Below are positions 56,210-64,000 of a stretch of 64,000 nt of DNA, in pieces. The stretch lies in the NCBI GenBank assembly GCA_034667725.1, contig JAXDQS010000003.1, forward strand, positions 288,001-352,000, in the 5' to 3' direction. The position numbers and the translations under genes were made by a program. The first letter of the stretch is position 1; every line of letters begins with the position of its first letter. The notes beneath the pieces were generated by a model. The model was given only the letters and a program-made list of their open reading frames with translations, had not been told where the DNA came from and made no database searches. This DNA is from Thermoplasmata archaeon (GTDB taxonomy: Archaea > Thermoplasmatota > E2 > JACPAO01 > JAHFTW01).

Positions 56210-56680
56210 ATGTTCAACGTCGATGCGTCGGTGCCTGACGACCTGGACCGTCGCATCCTGCGCATCCTCATGGTGGACGCGCACACGCCGTTCCGCGAGA
56301 TCGCCGCCCAGGCCGGCACCACCGTGGGCACCGTCCACAACCGCATCAAGAAGATGCGCGCCGAAGGCATCATCAAGCGCTTCCTGCCGGAGATCGACGC
56401 CCAGAAGCTCGGGTTCGGCATCTGCGCCCTGATCGAGCTCAAGATTGCCGGCGGCCACCTTTTGGAGGTCCAGCAGGAGCTGAGCCGCGACCCGCACATC
56501 GTGGCGGTCTACGACGTCACCGGCGAGATGGACACCGTGTTCGTCGGCAAGTTCCGCGACACCGGCGACCTGGACCGCTTCGTCAAGGGGACGCTCCAGC
56601 ACAAGCACGTCAAGGAGACCCGCACCCGCCTGGTGCTGAACGTCGTGAAGGAAGGGTTCGCGCCGCGGCTGGACGACTGA
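56210..56680 (+). CDS. Lrp/AsnC family transcriptional regulator
   Basis: DDLDRRIL..L..DA.TPF.EIA......GTV.NRI..M...GII HTH, and YDVTGE.D RAM domain. Confidence 0.95.
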   Translation: MFNVDASVPDDLDRRILRILMVDAHTPFREIAAQAGTTVGTVHNRIKKMRAEGIIKRFLPEIDAQKLGFGICALIELKIAGGHLLEVQQELSRDPHIVAVYDVTGEMDTVFVGKFRDTGDLDRFVKGTLQHKHVKETRTRLVLNVVKEGFAPRLDD

Positions 56681-56681
56681 C

Positions 56682-56768
56682 GTCTGACGCAGAAGTCTCC
56701 TGGCGCCGGGCTGCCCGGAGCCGACCGGCTGCGGATGGCCCGGCGGACAGGCTCCTTCCGCGTCAGAC
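56682..56768. repeat. long imperfect palindrome between convergent genes (terminator/REP-like)
   Basis: Nested stems GTCTGACGCAGAAG/CTTCCGCGTCAGAC, CCTG/CAGG, CGCCGGGC/GCCCGGCG and AGCCG/CGGCT. Confidence 0.7.
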
Positions 56769-56769
56769 T

Positions 56770-58314
56770 CTAGCACTCGACCTGGCGCTGGTATTGTGCG
56801 CCGAAGTGTCCGCCGAGGTCTGCGACGTAGGCGACGTGGACGCAGCCGTCCTCGTCCAGGTCGATGCCGATGAGGTCGCCGGCGAAGCGGTAGTCCGGGT
56901 CGGCGCTGGCGCAGCCCGCGATGCAGGCGTCCCCTTGGTGAAGGCCGCGCGCCACGGCCGTCTCCTGCCACACGGGGTTGGGGCTGCCGGCGTCGTCGGT
57001 CTCGGCGACGTAGAGGGTCCAGTTGCCGCCGTTGCCGTTGGCCATCCCCTCCCGGTCGGAGCCGTAGTAGACCAGGGCGGCGCGGCCGTGCGGGCCGGCG
57101 GCGACGTAGCTGAAGGAGACGGCCTTGGCCTCGCTCGCGATCGGGAACGTCTGCCAGGACACGGCATCAAGGCTGCGCGCCGCCACCACCCGGGACGAGC
57201 CGCCCTCGACCGGCTCGCCGCTCGTCCACAAGGCGCCGTCGTGCTCGGCCAGCCACGGCAGGGCGACCGTGTTCGGGACCTTGGTGTCGCGCGACTGGAC
57301 GAAGCCGAGGCTGTCGACGCGCAGCAGCTGCTGGGTGCCCCCGGTGTACTCGATCTGCCAGTACGCCTCGCGGGTGGCGTCGTAGAGCATGTTGCCGTTG
57401 CGCACCGCCAGCAGCGTCGTGGCCGTCGCGGTGGGGACGTACTTCAGGCTCCCCGTCGTGGTGGTGGCCCAGACGTGGTGGTAAAGGCCCTCGTTGGTCT
57501 GGACGATGCCGTTGGCGGCGTCCTTGGCGGCGATCCACATCCGGTCGGTGGCGCCCGGGATGGCGAGGTTGTCGCAGGTCCAGGAGTCGCCGCGGTCGGT
57601 GCTGGTGCAGGCCAAGGTGCCGCCGGCGTAGCCCCAGGTGCGGCTGAACCAGAGCGAGCCGTCGCGGGCGACGTAGAGTGCGGTGTCGCTGGCCAGCACG
57701 GGCAGCGCGTCCACCGCGGTCGGGGAGACGTCCTGGAAGGTGGCGCCGCCATCGGTGCTGCGGTAGACGCTGTTGAGCGGCGAGTAGTAGATGGTGCCGT
57801 CGGACGCCACGGCCACCTGCGGCTCGGCGCCCGCGGCGTCGTCCCAGACGGTCACCGGCGGCGCCCACGCGCGCTGCGCCAGCGGCACCGGCACGGGCTC
57901 GGCCTGCGCTTCGACGGTCAGGTTGGCGGCCGGCTCGACGGAGGGCTCCTCCGAAGGCGGCGGCGCCGGCAGCGGCACCAGCACCAGCCGCACCGCCACC
58001 GGCCCCTTGGCCTCGACCGCGGCCGACGCCGCCTCGCGGCCGGGCGCGCGGCCGGTCAGCAGGCCGGCGCCGGGCGGGACGCTGAGGCGGGCGGCGCCGT
58101 CGCCGTCCACCGGGACGATGCGGTCCAGGCCGGGGAAGCGGAACTGGCAGGTGCCGTCCGTGACGGGGTCGCCGGCCGGGTCCACCAGCCGGCACGTGGC
58201 CGCCACCAGGTCCGAGGTCGCCGCGTTGGAGGTGGCGGCCGGCTGGGCCGGGCCGGCGCATCCGGCCCCCACGAGCAACGCCAAGGCCATCGCCCCGGCC
58301 CACCAGCCACGCAT
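56770..58314 (-). CDS. lipoprotein with carboxypeptidase-regulatory-like domain and BNR/Asp-box (sialidase-like) beta-propeller
   Basis: Lipobox LVGAGC. Asp-boxes YRSTDGGATF, TSTDRGDSW and RSLDAVSW. EP..AV...G..Y propeller start. Confidence 0.8.
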   Translation of the reverse strand: MRGWWAGAMALALLVGAGCAGPAQPAATSNAATSDLVAATCRLVDPAGDPVTDGTCQFRFPGLDRIVPVDGDGAARLSVPPGAGLLTGRAPGREAASAAVEAKGPVAVRLVLVPLPAPPPSEEPSVEPAANLTVEAQAEPVPVPLAQRAWAPPVTVWDDAAGAEPQVAVASDGTIYYSPLNSVYRSTDGGATFQDVSPTAVDALPVLASDTALYVARDGSLWFSRTWGYAGGTLACTSTDRGDSWTCDNLAIPGATDRMWIAAKDAANGIVQTNEGLYHHVWATTTTGSLKYVPTATATTLLAVRNGNMLYDATREAYWQIEYTGGTQQLLRVDSLGFVQSRDTKVPNTVALPWLAEHDGALWTSGEPVEGGSSRVVAARSLDAVSWQTFPIASEAKAVSFSYVAAGPHGRAALVYYGSDREGMANGNGGNWTLYVAETDDAGSPNPVWQETAVARGLHQGDACIAGCASADPDYRFAGDLIGIDLDEDGCVHVAYVADLGGHFGAQYQRQVEC

Positions 58315-58358
58315 CGCAGGGACCCGCCGGCCAGGTTCTTGGAGTTTGCCAGGGTGCC

Positions 58359-59372
58359 TCAGGCGCGAATCTCGGCGACCGACTTGCCCCGGGCCGCCGC
58401 CGCGTTGGCCGTCGCGACGCGGGCGAACGCCTCCTGGGCCGCCTTGACGTTGCCGGCCTTGCCGACCCAGGCCTTCATGGCGGGCTCCTGGAGGGCGCGG
58501 CCGTAGCTGAAGGTGAGCTTCCACGGCTGCGGGCCGAGGGTGTTCATGATCCGCAGGTGCTCGGTGGCCTGCTCGGGCGACTGGCCGCCGCTCAGGAACA
58601 CGATGCCGGGCACGGCGGGCGGCACGTGGGCGCGCAGCAGGCGGACGGTGCGCTCGGCGACCTCGGCGGGCTTGGCCTGCACGGGGCACTTCTTGCCGGG
58701 CACGACCATGTTGGGCTTCAGCAGGATGCCGGGCAGGTGGACGCCCATGAGCTGCAGCTCGTGGAACACCTCGCGCCACGCGGCGGCGGTGACCTCCTCG
58801 CAGCGCTCGATGGTGTTGTCGCCGTCCATGAGGACCTCGGGCTCGACGATCGGGACCAGGCCGGCCTCCTGCGCGAGGGCGGCGTAGCGGGCCAGCGCGT
58901 GCGCGTTGGCGTGCAGGTTGGCCTGGGTCGGCAGGCCGGCGCCGATGGTGATGACGGCCCGCCACTTGGTGAAGCGGGCGCCCAGGGCGTGGTACTCCTT
59001 GAGGCGCTCGGACAGGCCGTCCAGGCCCTCGGTGATCTTCTCGCCCGCGTGCAGCGGCATGTCCTTGGCGCCGGTGTCCACCTTGATGCCGGGCAGGATG
59101 CCTTGCGACAGCAGGACCTGGGAGAGCGGGGTGCCGTCGGCGGCCTTCTGCCGGAGGGTCTCGTCGTAGAGGATGACGCCGGAGACCGACTTGGCGACGC
59201 TGGGGGCCGTGAACAGCAGGTGGCGGTAGTCGCGCCGGTTCGCCTCGGTGTTCTCGACGCCGAGGTCCTTGAAGCGCTTGGCGATGGTGCCCGTCGACTC
59301 GTCGGCCGCCAGGATGCCCTTGCCGTCCGCCACGAGCTGCTGCGCGACCTGTTCCAAGGCCTTCTTGTCCAT
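58359..59372 (-). CDS. class I fructose-bisphosphate aldolase (eukaryal/bacterial 'Glycolytic' family)
   Basis: GKGILAADES, GIKVD.G, KWRAV, LVPIVEPEV, LLKPNMV (Schiff-base Lys), FLSGGQ and FSYGRALQ. Confidence 0.96.
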   Translation of the reverse strand: MDKKALEQVAQQLVADGKGILAADESTGTIAKRFKDLGVENTEANRRDYRHLLFTAPSVAKSVSGVILYDETLRQKAADGTPLSQVLLSQGILPGIKVDTGAKDMPLHAGEKITEGLDGLSERLKEYHALGARFTKWRAVITIGAGLPTQANLHANAHALARYAALAQEAGLVPIVEPEVLMDGDNTIERCEEVTAAAWREVFHELQLMGVHLPGILLKPNMVVPGKKCPVQAKPAEVAERTVRLLRAHVPPAVPGIVFLSGGQSPEQATEHLRIMNTLGPQPWKLTFSYGRALQEPAMKAWVGKAGNVKAAQEAFARVATANAAAARGKSVAEIRA

Positions 59373-59430
59373 GCCGTCGCCACAGGAGGGGCGCGCATAA
59401 GTCTTAGGCCGCCGGCACCTGGCGGCCGGC

Positions 59431-59748
59431 GTGGCGGAGCGGGGCCTCGCGGCGTTGTCCTACCTCCCGGTGCCGGGCCTGGCCTACCTCGTGGCCCGGG
59501 CCCGTCCGAAGGACGAGCTGGTGCGCCACCACGCCCGCCAGGGCGGCCTCTTGACCATCGTCGCCTGCGGCCTCCTGGTGGCGCTCGGCCTCCTGGCCGG
59601 CATCGGGCCCGCCCGCCCCGTCGTGGCCGCGGTCGCCGCCGTGGTGCTGGCCGTCGCCGTGGCGGGCGCCCTGACGGGGGCCATCGGGGCGGGGCGGGGA
59701 CGGTTCGTGCGGCTGCGGCCGCTGTGGGATGTCTTGGCGAGGTCGTGA
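59431..59748 (+). CDS. DUF4870-like small membrane protein
   Basis: LAALSYL......L.....D..VR.HA.Q pattern; three TMs. Confidence 0.7.
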   Translation: MAERGLAALSYLPVPGLAYLVARARPKDELVRHHARQGGLLTIVACGLLVALGLLAGIGPARPVVAAVAAVVLAVAVAGALTGAIGAGRGRFVRLRPLWDVLARS

Positions 59749-59750
59749 CG

Positions 59751-59827
59751 CTTCGGTGGGTTCGGTGGCCTCGGTGGATGGTCGCGCGTAGCGCACCAGT
59801 CCACCGAGCGCACCGAGGACACCGAAG
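59751..59827. repeat. hairpin built from 3x TCGGTG / 3x CACCGA (9-nt period) between convergent genes
   Basis: TCGGTG at 59753, 59762 and 59771; CACCGA at 59802, 59811 and 59820. Confidence 0.75.
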
Positions 59828-59831
59828 ACGG

Positions 59832-61043
59832 TTAGTGTTCGAGCTGCACGTCGTAGCCGGCCGCCTTGAGCCCGTTCACCAGCTCCTCGATGTGCGCCGG
59901 CCCGCGGGTCTCGACGTGGACCTCGACGTTGGTGCGGTTGATGCTGATGTCGACGCGGTGGCGGTCGTGCCGGATGTCGATGACGGACGCCTTGTGGAAC
60001 GCGATGCGGTTCAGGAGGCCGGCGAGGGAGCCGGGGCGGTCGCTGATGGTGAGCGACAGGATGGCGATGCGGCCCTCGGCCACGAGCCCGCGGCGGATGA
60101 TGCGCGACATCAGCGTCATGTCGATGTTGCCGCCGGAGACGATGGCGCACGCCTGGCGGCCGGCGAGGTCCACCTTCTTGGTGACGGCGGCGGCGAGCGT
60201 CACGGCCCCCGCGCCCTCGGCGACGGCCTTGGTGCGCTCCAGGAGGAACAGGATGGCGGCGGCGATGTCGGGCTCGCCGACGGTGACGATCTTGTCGACG
60301 CGCTCGCGGATGATGGGCAGCGTGACGGTGCCGGGGGTGCGCACGGCGATGCCGTCGGCCATGGTGTCGGCGTGGTCGAGGCGGATGGCGACGCCCTTCT
60401 GGAGGCTGGGGGCCATGGTGCTGGCGCCCTCGGCCTGGACGCCGATGACCTCGATGTCGGGCCGCATCCCCTTGAGGGCGGTCGCGACGCCGCTGATGAG
60501 CCCGCCGCCGCCGACGGGGACGAGCACGGTCTCGACGTCGGGCAGGTCCTCCAGGATCTCCAGGCCGAGGGTGCCTTGGCCGGCCATGATGTGCGGGTCG
60601 TCGAAGGCGTGGACGTAGGTGGCGCTGGTCTTCTCCTGGAACCGGAGCGCGTGCTCGTAGGCCTCCTGGTAGTCGGCGCCGGCGAGGTGGACGCGGGCGC
60701 CGTAGCCGCGGGTCGCCGTGACCTTGGCGAGCGTGGCCTCCTCCGGCATGAAGATGTCGCACGCGACGCCGGCCTTGCGGGCGGCGAACGCGACGCCCTG
60801 CGCGTGGTTGCCCGCGCTGGCGGCCACGACGCCGCGCCGGCGCTCGTCGGCGTCCAGGCGGTGGATCTTGTTGAGCGCGCCGCGGACCTTGAACGAGCCC
60901 GTCACCTGGAAGTTCTCGAGCTTGAGGTGGAAGTCGGCGCCGGTCATCTCGCCCAGCGTGCTCGAGCGCTTCATCGGGGTGTGCCGCGCGACGGGACGCA
61001 CGACGGGGAGCGCCGCCTGGACGTCCGCCAGGGAAAGGACCAC
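59832..61043 (-). CDS. ilvA: threonine ammonia-lyase with single C-terminal ACT domain
   Basis: KLENFQ.TGSFKVRGA, ASAGNHAQG, PVGGGGLISG, SGGNID and DRPG.L ACT motifs. Confidence 0.95.
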   Translation of the reverse strand: MVLSLADVQAALPVVRPVARHTPMKRSSTLGEMTGADFHLKLENFQVTGSFKVRGALNKIHRLDADERRRGVVAASAGNHAQGVAFAARKAGVACDIFMPEEATLAKVTATRGYGARVHLAGADYQEAYEHALRFQEKTSATYVHAFDDPHIMAGQGTLGLEILEDLPDVETVLVPVGGGGLISGVATALKGMRPDIEVIGVQAEGASTMAPSLQKGVAIRLDHADTMADGIAVRTPGTVTLPIIRERVDKIVTVGEPDIAAAILFLLERTKAVAEGAGAVTLAAAVTKKVDLAGRQACAIVSGGNIDMTLMSRIIRRGLVAEGRIAILSLTISDRPGSLAGLLNRIAFHKASVIDIRHDRHRVDISINRTNVEVHVETRGPAHIEELVNGLKAAGYDVQLEH

Positions 61044-61068
61044 GGGCCGCAGGACCCTGGGTCGCGCG

Positions 61069-62028
61069 TTAAGGCTTCGCAGCGGCGGCGGGCGGCAGCC
61101 GGGCCCGGTTGACCACCAGGACGCCGACGATGACGAGCGCGCCGCCGAGGACGAAGTAGGGGGTCATCGGCTGGGCCGGGTAGCGTCCCGGGTCGAGGGC
61201 CGCCAAGGCAAGGGCGGCGAGGGCGGCCACGACCGGGTTGAAGTAGATGTACGTGGCAACGCTGCTGGCGGCGCGCTGCTTGATGGCGTGGTTCCACATG
61301 GCGTAGCCGAGCGCGGTGGACAGCAGGGCGAGGAAGGCGAGCCAGAACCAGCCTTGGCCGTCGAGGGCCGCAAGCGGGGCGGTGCCGTACCAGAAGGCGA
61401 GCGGCAGCAGGGTGGCGACGCCGAGGCTGAGGGTGGTTCCCGTGACGAACAGGCCGCCGTGCTTGGCGATGATGGGCTTGGTGTAGATCGAATAGAGCGC
61501 CCACGACAACGGGGCCAGGAGGCCGATGCCGGCCTTGGCGGCGACCGTGACCTCGGCATCGCCGTGCCCCTTGAGGACGACCAGCACGACGCCCGCGAAC
61601 GCCAGGACGGACCCAAGCACGGCGAGGGGGCGGGCGTTCTCGCGGCCGGTGGCCACCGAGACGCCGAGCGTCCAGAGCGGCGTGGTGGCGACCAGGAGGG
61701 CCCCCGTGGCGGGGCTGACGGCGCCGTCGCCCGCCATCGCCCAGTTGAGGCTGAAGTGGTAGCCGACGACGCCGAGGAAGCCGAGCAGGCCCATGCGGAT
61801 CCAGTCGAGGCCGGAGACGGCGCGGAACACGGCGCGGCGGCGCAGCAGCAGGTAGGCGCCGTACAACAATGGGAACGGCACGTAGCGGTACCAGGTGAGC
61901 TGGAACGGGTCGAGGGTGCGCTCCAGGTACTGGATGCCCGGGAACGCCGTGCCCCAAATCAGCACCAGGCCCACCATCATGGCGTCGACGCGGTCGAAGC
62001 CGAAGCCGCTCCTTGCCGCCGGGGCCAT
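61069..62028 (-). CDS. DMT/EamA family transporter
   Basis: IWG..F start, about 10 TMs, Y..PVVA motif. Confidence 0.9.
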   Translation of the reverse strand: MAPAARSGFGFDRVDAMMVGLVLIWGTAFPGIQYLERTLDPFQLTWYRYVPFPLLYGAYLLLRRRAVFRAVSGLDWIRMGLLGFLGVVGYHFSLNWAMAGDGAVSPATGALLVATTPLWTLGVSVATGRENARPLAVLGSVLAFAGVVLVVLKGHGDAEVTVAAKAGIGLLAPLSWALYSIYTKPIIAKHGGLFVTGTTLSLGVATLLPLAFWYGTAPLAALDGQGWFWLAFLALLSTALGYAMWNHAIKQRAASSVATYIYFNPVVAALAALALAALDPGRYPAQPMTPYFVLGGALVIVGVLVVNRARLPPAAAAKP

Positions 62029-62102
62029 GGCGCGGCCACCTGGAGCCGCCATATGCGGGTTTGGGAACGATTATGGCCACGGCCCCTGTGGGCCGAAAGA
62101 GC

Positions 62103-63500
62103 ATGGACCTGGACGCGCCCCACGGCAAGATCGAGGAGGCGCCCACGCCCACGCCGGACCCCGCGGCCCAGCCGCCGTCGGAGCCGCGGCCGACGTTCCT
62201 CGACCGGCTCCCCGTGTGGATCGTCCCGGCCCTTCTGGTCGGCATCCCGCTCGCCATCGCCCTCGGCGCCGCCGTCGCGCCCGAGGCGGTGTACGACGGC
62301 TTCGTCTGGAAGTACTACTGGGGCCCGATCCACGCCGACGCCTCCAACGTCGGCGCCGAGTGCCTGCGGGCCGACGGCGCCATCGTGCGGGGCGCGTGCG
62401 GCCCGGCCGGCGGCGTCACGGCCGAGTCCGGCTACAACGTCGTCAACACCGCCACCTGGGCCGCGCTCTTGGGCCTCTGCCTGGTGGGCGTGGCGCAGCT
62501 CCTGGCCCGCCGCAAGACCGTGATGGGCGGCACCCTCATCGTCGGCGCCGTCGGCTGGGTGGTCGCGGGCTCGGTGTTCCACGTGCTCGAGGACGTCGGG
62601 CTGTTCGCGCCGCCGACGCAGTACTTCTTCATCACGCCGCCCATCTACCTGCTGTTCGCCGCGATGGGGGTCGTGACCTTCGTCCTCGGCCATTACCTCA
62701 AGGGGGTCGCGGAGCGGGCCAACCTCGAGCTGGCGCTCCAGAAGCTGCTGTTCGTCGTCGCCCTCCCCATCGTCGGCTACCTGCTGCTCTGGGCCCGCAC
62801 CAACGAGACCCTGAGCGGCCAGGTGACGGCCTACCTCAACCCCATCGTCGTGACGGTGTTCGGGCTTGCCGCCTACCTGGGCGCCTGCGTCCGGTTCCGC
62901 CGCCTCGGCCGCATCGACCCCAGCGAGCTCGTCGGCTGGATGAGCCTCGGCTGGATTCTCACCAGCCTCGCCTACGTGGCCCTCTACCTGCAGTCGCCGT
63001 GGCCGGACCCCGCCACCGGCCGCGTCGACGGCGGCGACGGCCTGCTGACGGCGCTGTGGGCCCCCGTCCTTGCGCTCCTGGGCGTCCTTGCCGTCCGCCT
63101 CGTGGCCAAGGCCATCAAGAACCCGAAGGCCAAGGCCTACCTCGACCCCATCAACGGCCTCCTCATCTACAGCCAGCTGCTGGACGGGTTCGCCACCAGC
63201 ATCGGCATCGACACCGGCGCCTACACCGAAAAGCACGTGCTGTCCGACGCCGTCATCCAGCGCACCCACGACCTCGGCGTCGCCATCGGCTTCGGCCCCA
63301 TGGCAGACTACCCCAGCTTCTTCGGCTTCCTGCCCATCAAGCTCGCCCTCAGCCTGCTCGTGGTGTACGCCATCGACGTCTCCAACCCGAAGGAGGCACA
63401 ACGCAACCCGACCCTCATCGGCCTGGTGAAGTTCGCCATCATCATGGTCGGCCTGGGGCCCGGCATCCGCGACTTCGTCCGGATGGCTTTGGGCGTCTAG
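62103..63500 (+). CDS. DUF63 family archaeal membrane protein
   Basis: YYWGPI, GYNVVNT, LED....P.....ITPPIY, LDG.AT..GI, Y.EKHVL and GLGPG.RD motifs. Confidence 0.88.
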   Translation: MDLDAPHGKIEEAPTPTPDPAAQPPSEPRPTFLDRLPVWIVPALLVGIPLAIALGAAVAPEAVYDGFVWKYYWGPIHADASNVGAECLRADGAIVRGACGPAGGVTAESGYNVVNTATWAALLGLCLVGVAQLLARRKTVMGGTLIVGAVGWVVAGSVFHVLEDVGLFAPPTQYFFITPPIYLLFAAMGVVTFVLGHYLKGVAERANLELALQKLLFVVALPIVGYLLLWARTNETLSGQVTAYLNPIVVTVFGLAAYLGACVRFRRLGRIDPSELVGWMSLGWILTSLAYVALYLQSPWPDPATGRVDGGDGLLTALWAPVLALLGVLAVRLVAKAIKNPKAKAYLDPINGLLIYSQLLDGFATSIGIDTGAYTEKHVLSDAVIQRTHDLGVAIGFGPMADYPSFFGFLPIKLALSLLVVYAIDVSNPKEAQRNPTLIGLVKFAIIMVGLGPGIRDFVRMALGV

Positions 63501-63504
63501 CGCG

Positions 63505-64000
63505 CTACAGCACGGCCTGCTTGGGCTTGGCGGCCTTCTTCGCCCGCACGAGGGGCTCGTCGGTGCGCAGCGACCGCAGCAGCGCGATCTCCTTCTTCCA
63601 CGACTCCGGCCCCTCCGGCGTCTCGAGGTAGCCGGCCACGCCGTCCAGGCGGCGGTCGTTGACGAGGGTCCGGAAGAACTCCAGCCCCAGCAGCCCCTCG
63701 CCGATGGTGTCGTGGCGGTCGACGCGGGCGCCGCACGGCTGCTTCGAGTCGTTGAGGTGGAACGCCACCAGGTGCTTGCGGCCGACGGCGGCCTCGAAGC
63801 CGTCCCAGCACTCGTCGTAGTGGTCGCGCCAATCGTAGCCGCACGCCCACGAGTGCTGGGTGTCGATGGTGACGCCGACGCGGGCCTTGTCGGACACGGC
63901 GTCCACCAGGCGGCCGACCTCCTCCCACGAGTTGCCGACGTTGGTGCCTTGGCCGGCGGCGTTCTCGATGACGAGCTTGCAGCCCGAGCCTTTGGTCTCG
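63505..64000 (-). CDS. nfo: endonuclease IV (partial, 5' end outside window)
   Basis: IENAAGQG..VG, DTQH, HLNDSK, DRH..IG.G and LETP motifs. Confidence 0.93.
   Translation of the reverse strand, partial: ETKGSGCKLVIENAAGQGTNVGNSWEEVGRLVDAVSDKARVGVTIDTQHSWACGYDWRDHYDECWDGFEAAVGRKHLVAFHLNDSKQPCGARVDRHDTIGEGLLGLEFFRTLVNDRRLDGVAGYLETPEGPESWKKEIALLRSLRTDEPLVRAKKAAKPKQAVL

Noticed and set aside
59751-59827. Possible mini-CRISPR
   Set aside because: The repeats are 6 nt with 3-nt spacers and inverted, and no cas genes are present. No CRISPR array was seen in the window.

Overview
This is a 64 kb gene-dense, high-GC window from an archaeon, most likely Thermoplasmatota. The evidence is deoxyhypusine synthase, Cbf5, an AdkA-DUF106-Cmk-Cbf5 run without L34e/L14e, MptE, DUF373, DUF63, a CoaD-YjjX fusion, and mostly leaderless genes with a TATA-like element about 24-30 nt upstream. 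The left edge holds a low-GC HEPN/MauJ-like gene that the ORF track missed. A split histidine-utilisation set (hutG, hutI, hutH, hutU) surrounds a 14.9 kb gene for a 4958-aa secreted multidomain protein (degenerate subtilase-like domain, beta-helix, about 8 Ig-like repeats, LamG-like tail) and its secreted partner gene. The main finding is a 12.4 kb tryptophan-catabolic cluster (33.6-46.1 kb). It encodes TDO, KynB, a luciferase-like monooxygenase translationally coupled to an altered class-3 asparaginase homologue, both 2-aminophenol 1,6-dioxygenase subunits (alpha fused to a RidA deaminase), an aminomuconate-semialdehyde-type ALDH and an SDR. It has no kynureninase, KMO, 3-HAO or ACMSD. I infer an unrecognised route: Baeyer-Villiger oxidation of kynurenine, then release of aspartate plus 2-aminophenol. 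Other oddities are an orphan V/A-ATPase subunit-K-like gene, a bacterial/eukaryal-type class I aldolase, three tandem paralogous 3-TM genes, long intergenic hairpins and symmetric bidirectional promoters. I saw no rRNA, tRNA, CRISPR array or IS element. All family assignments come from motif recognition by eye; no database searches were run.
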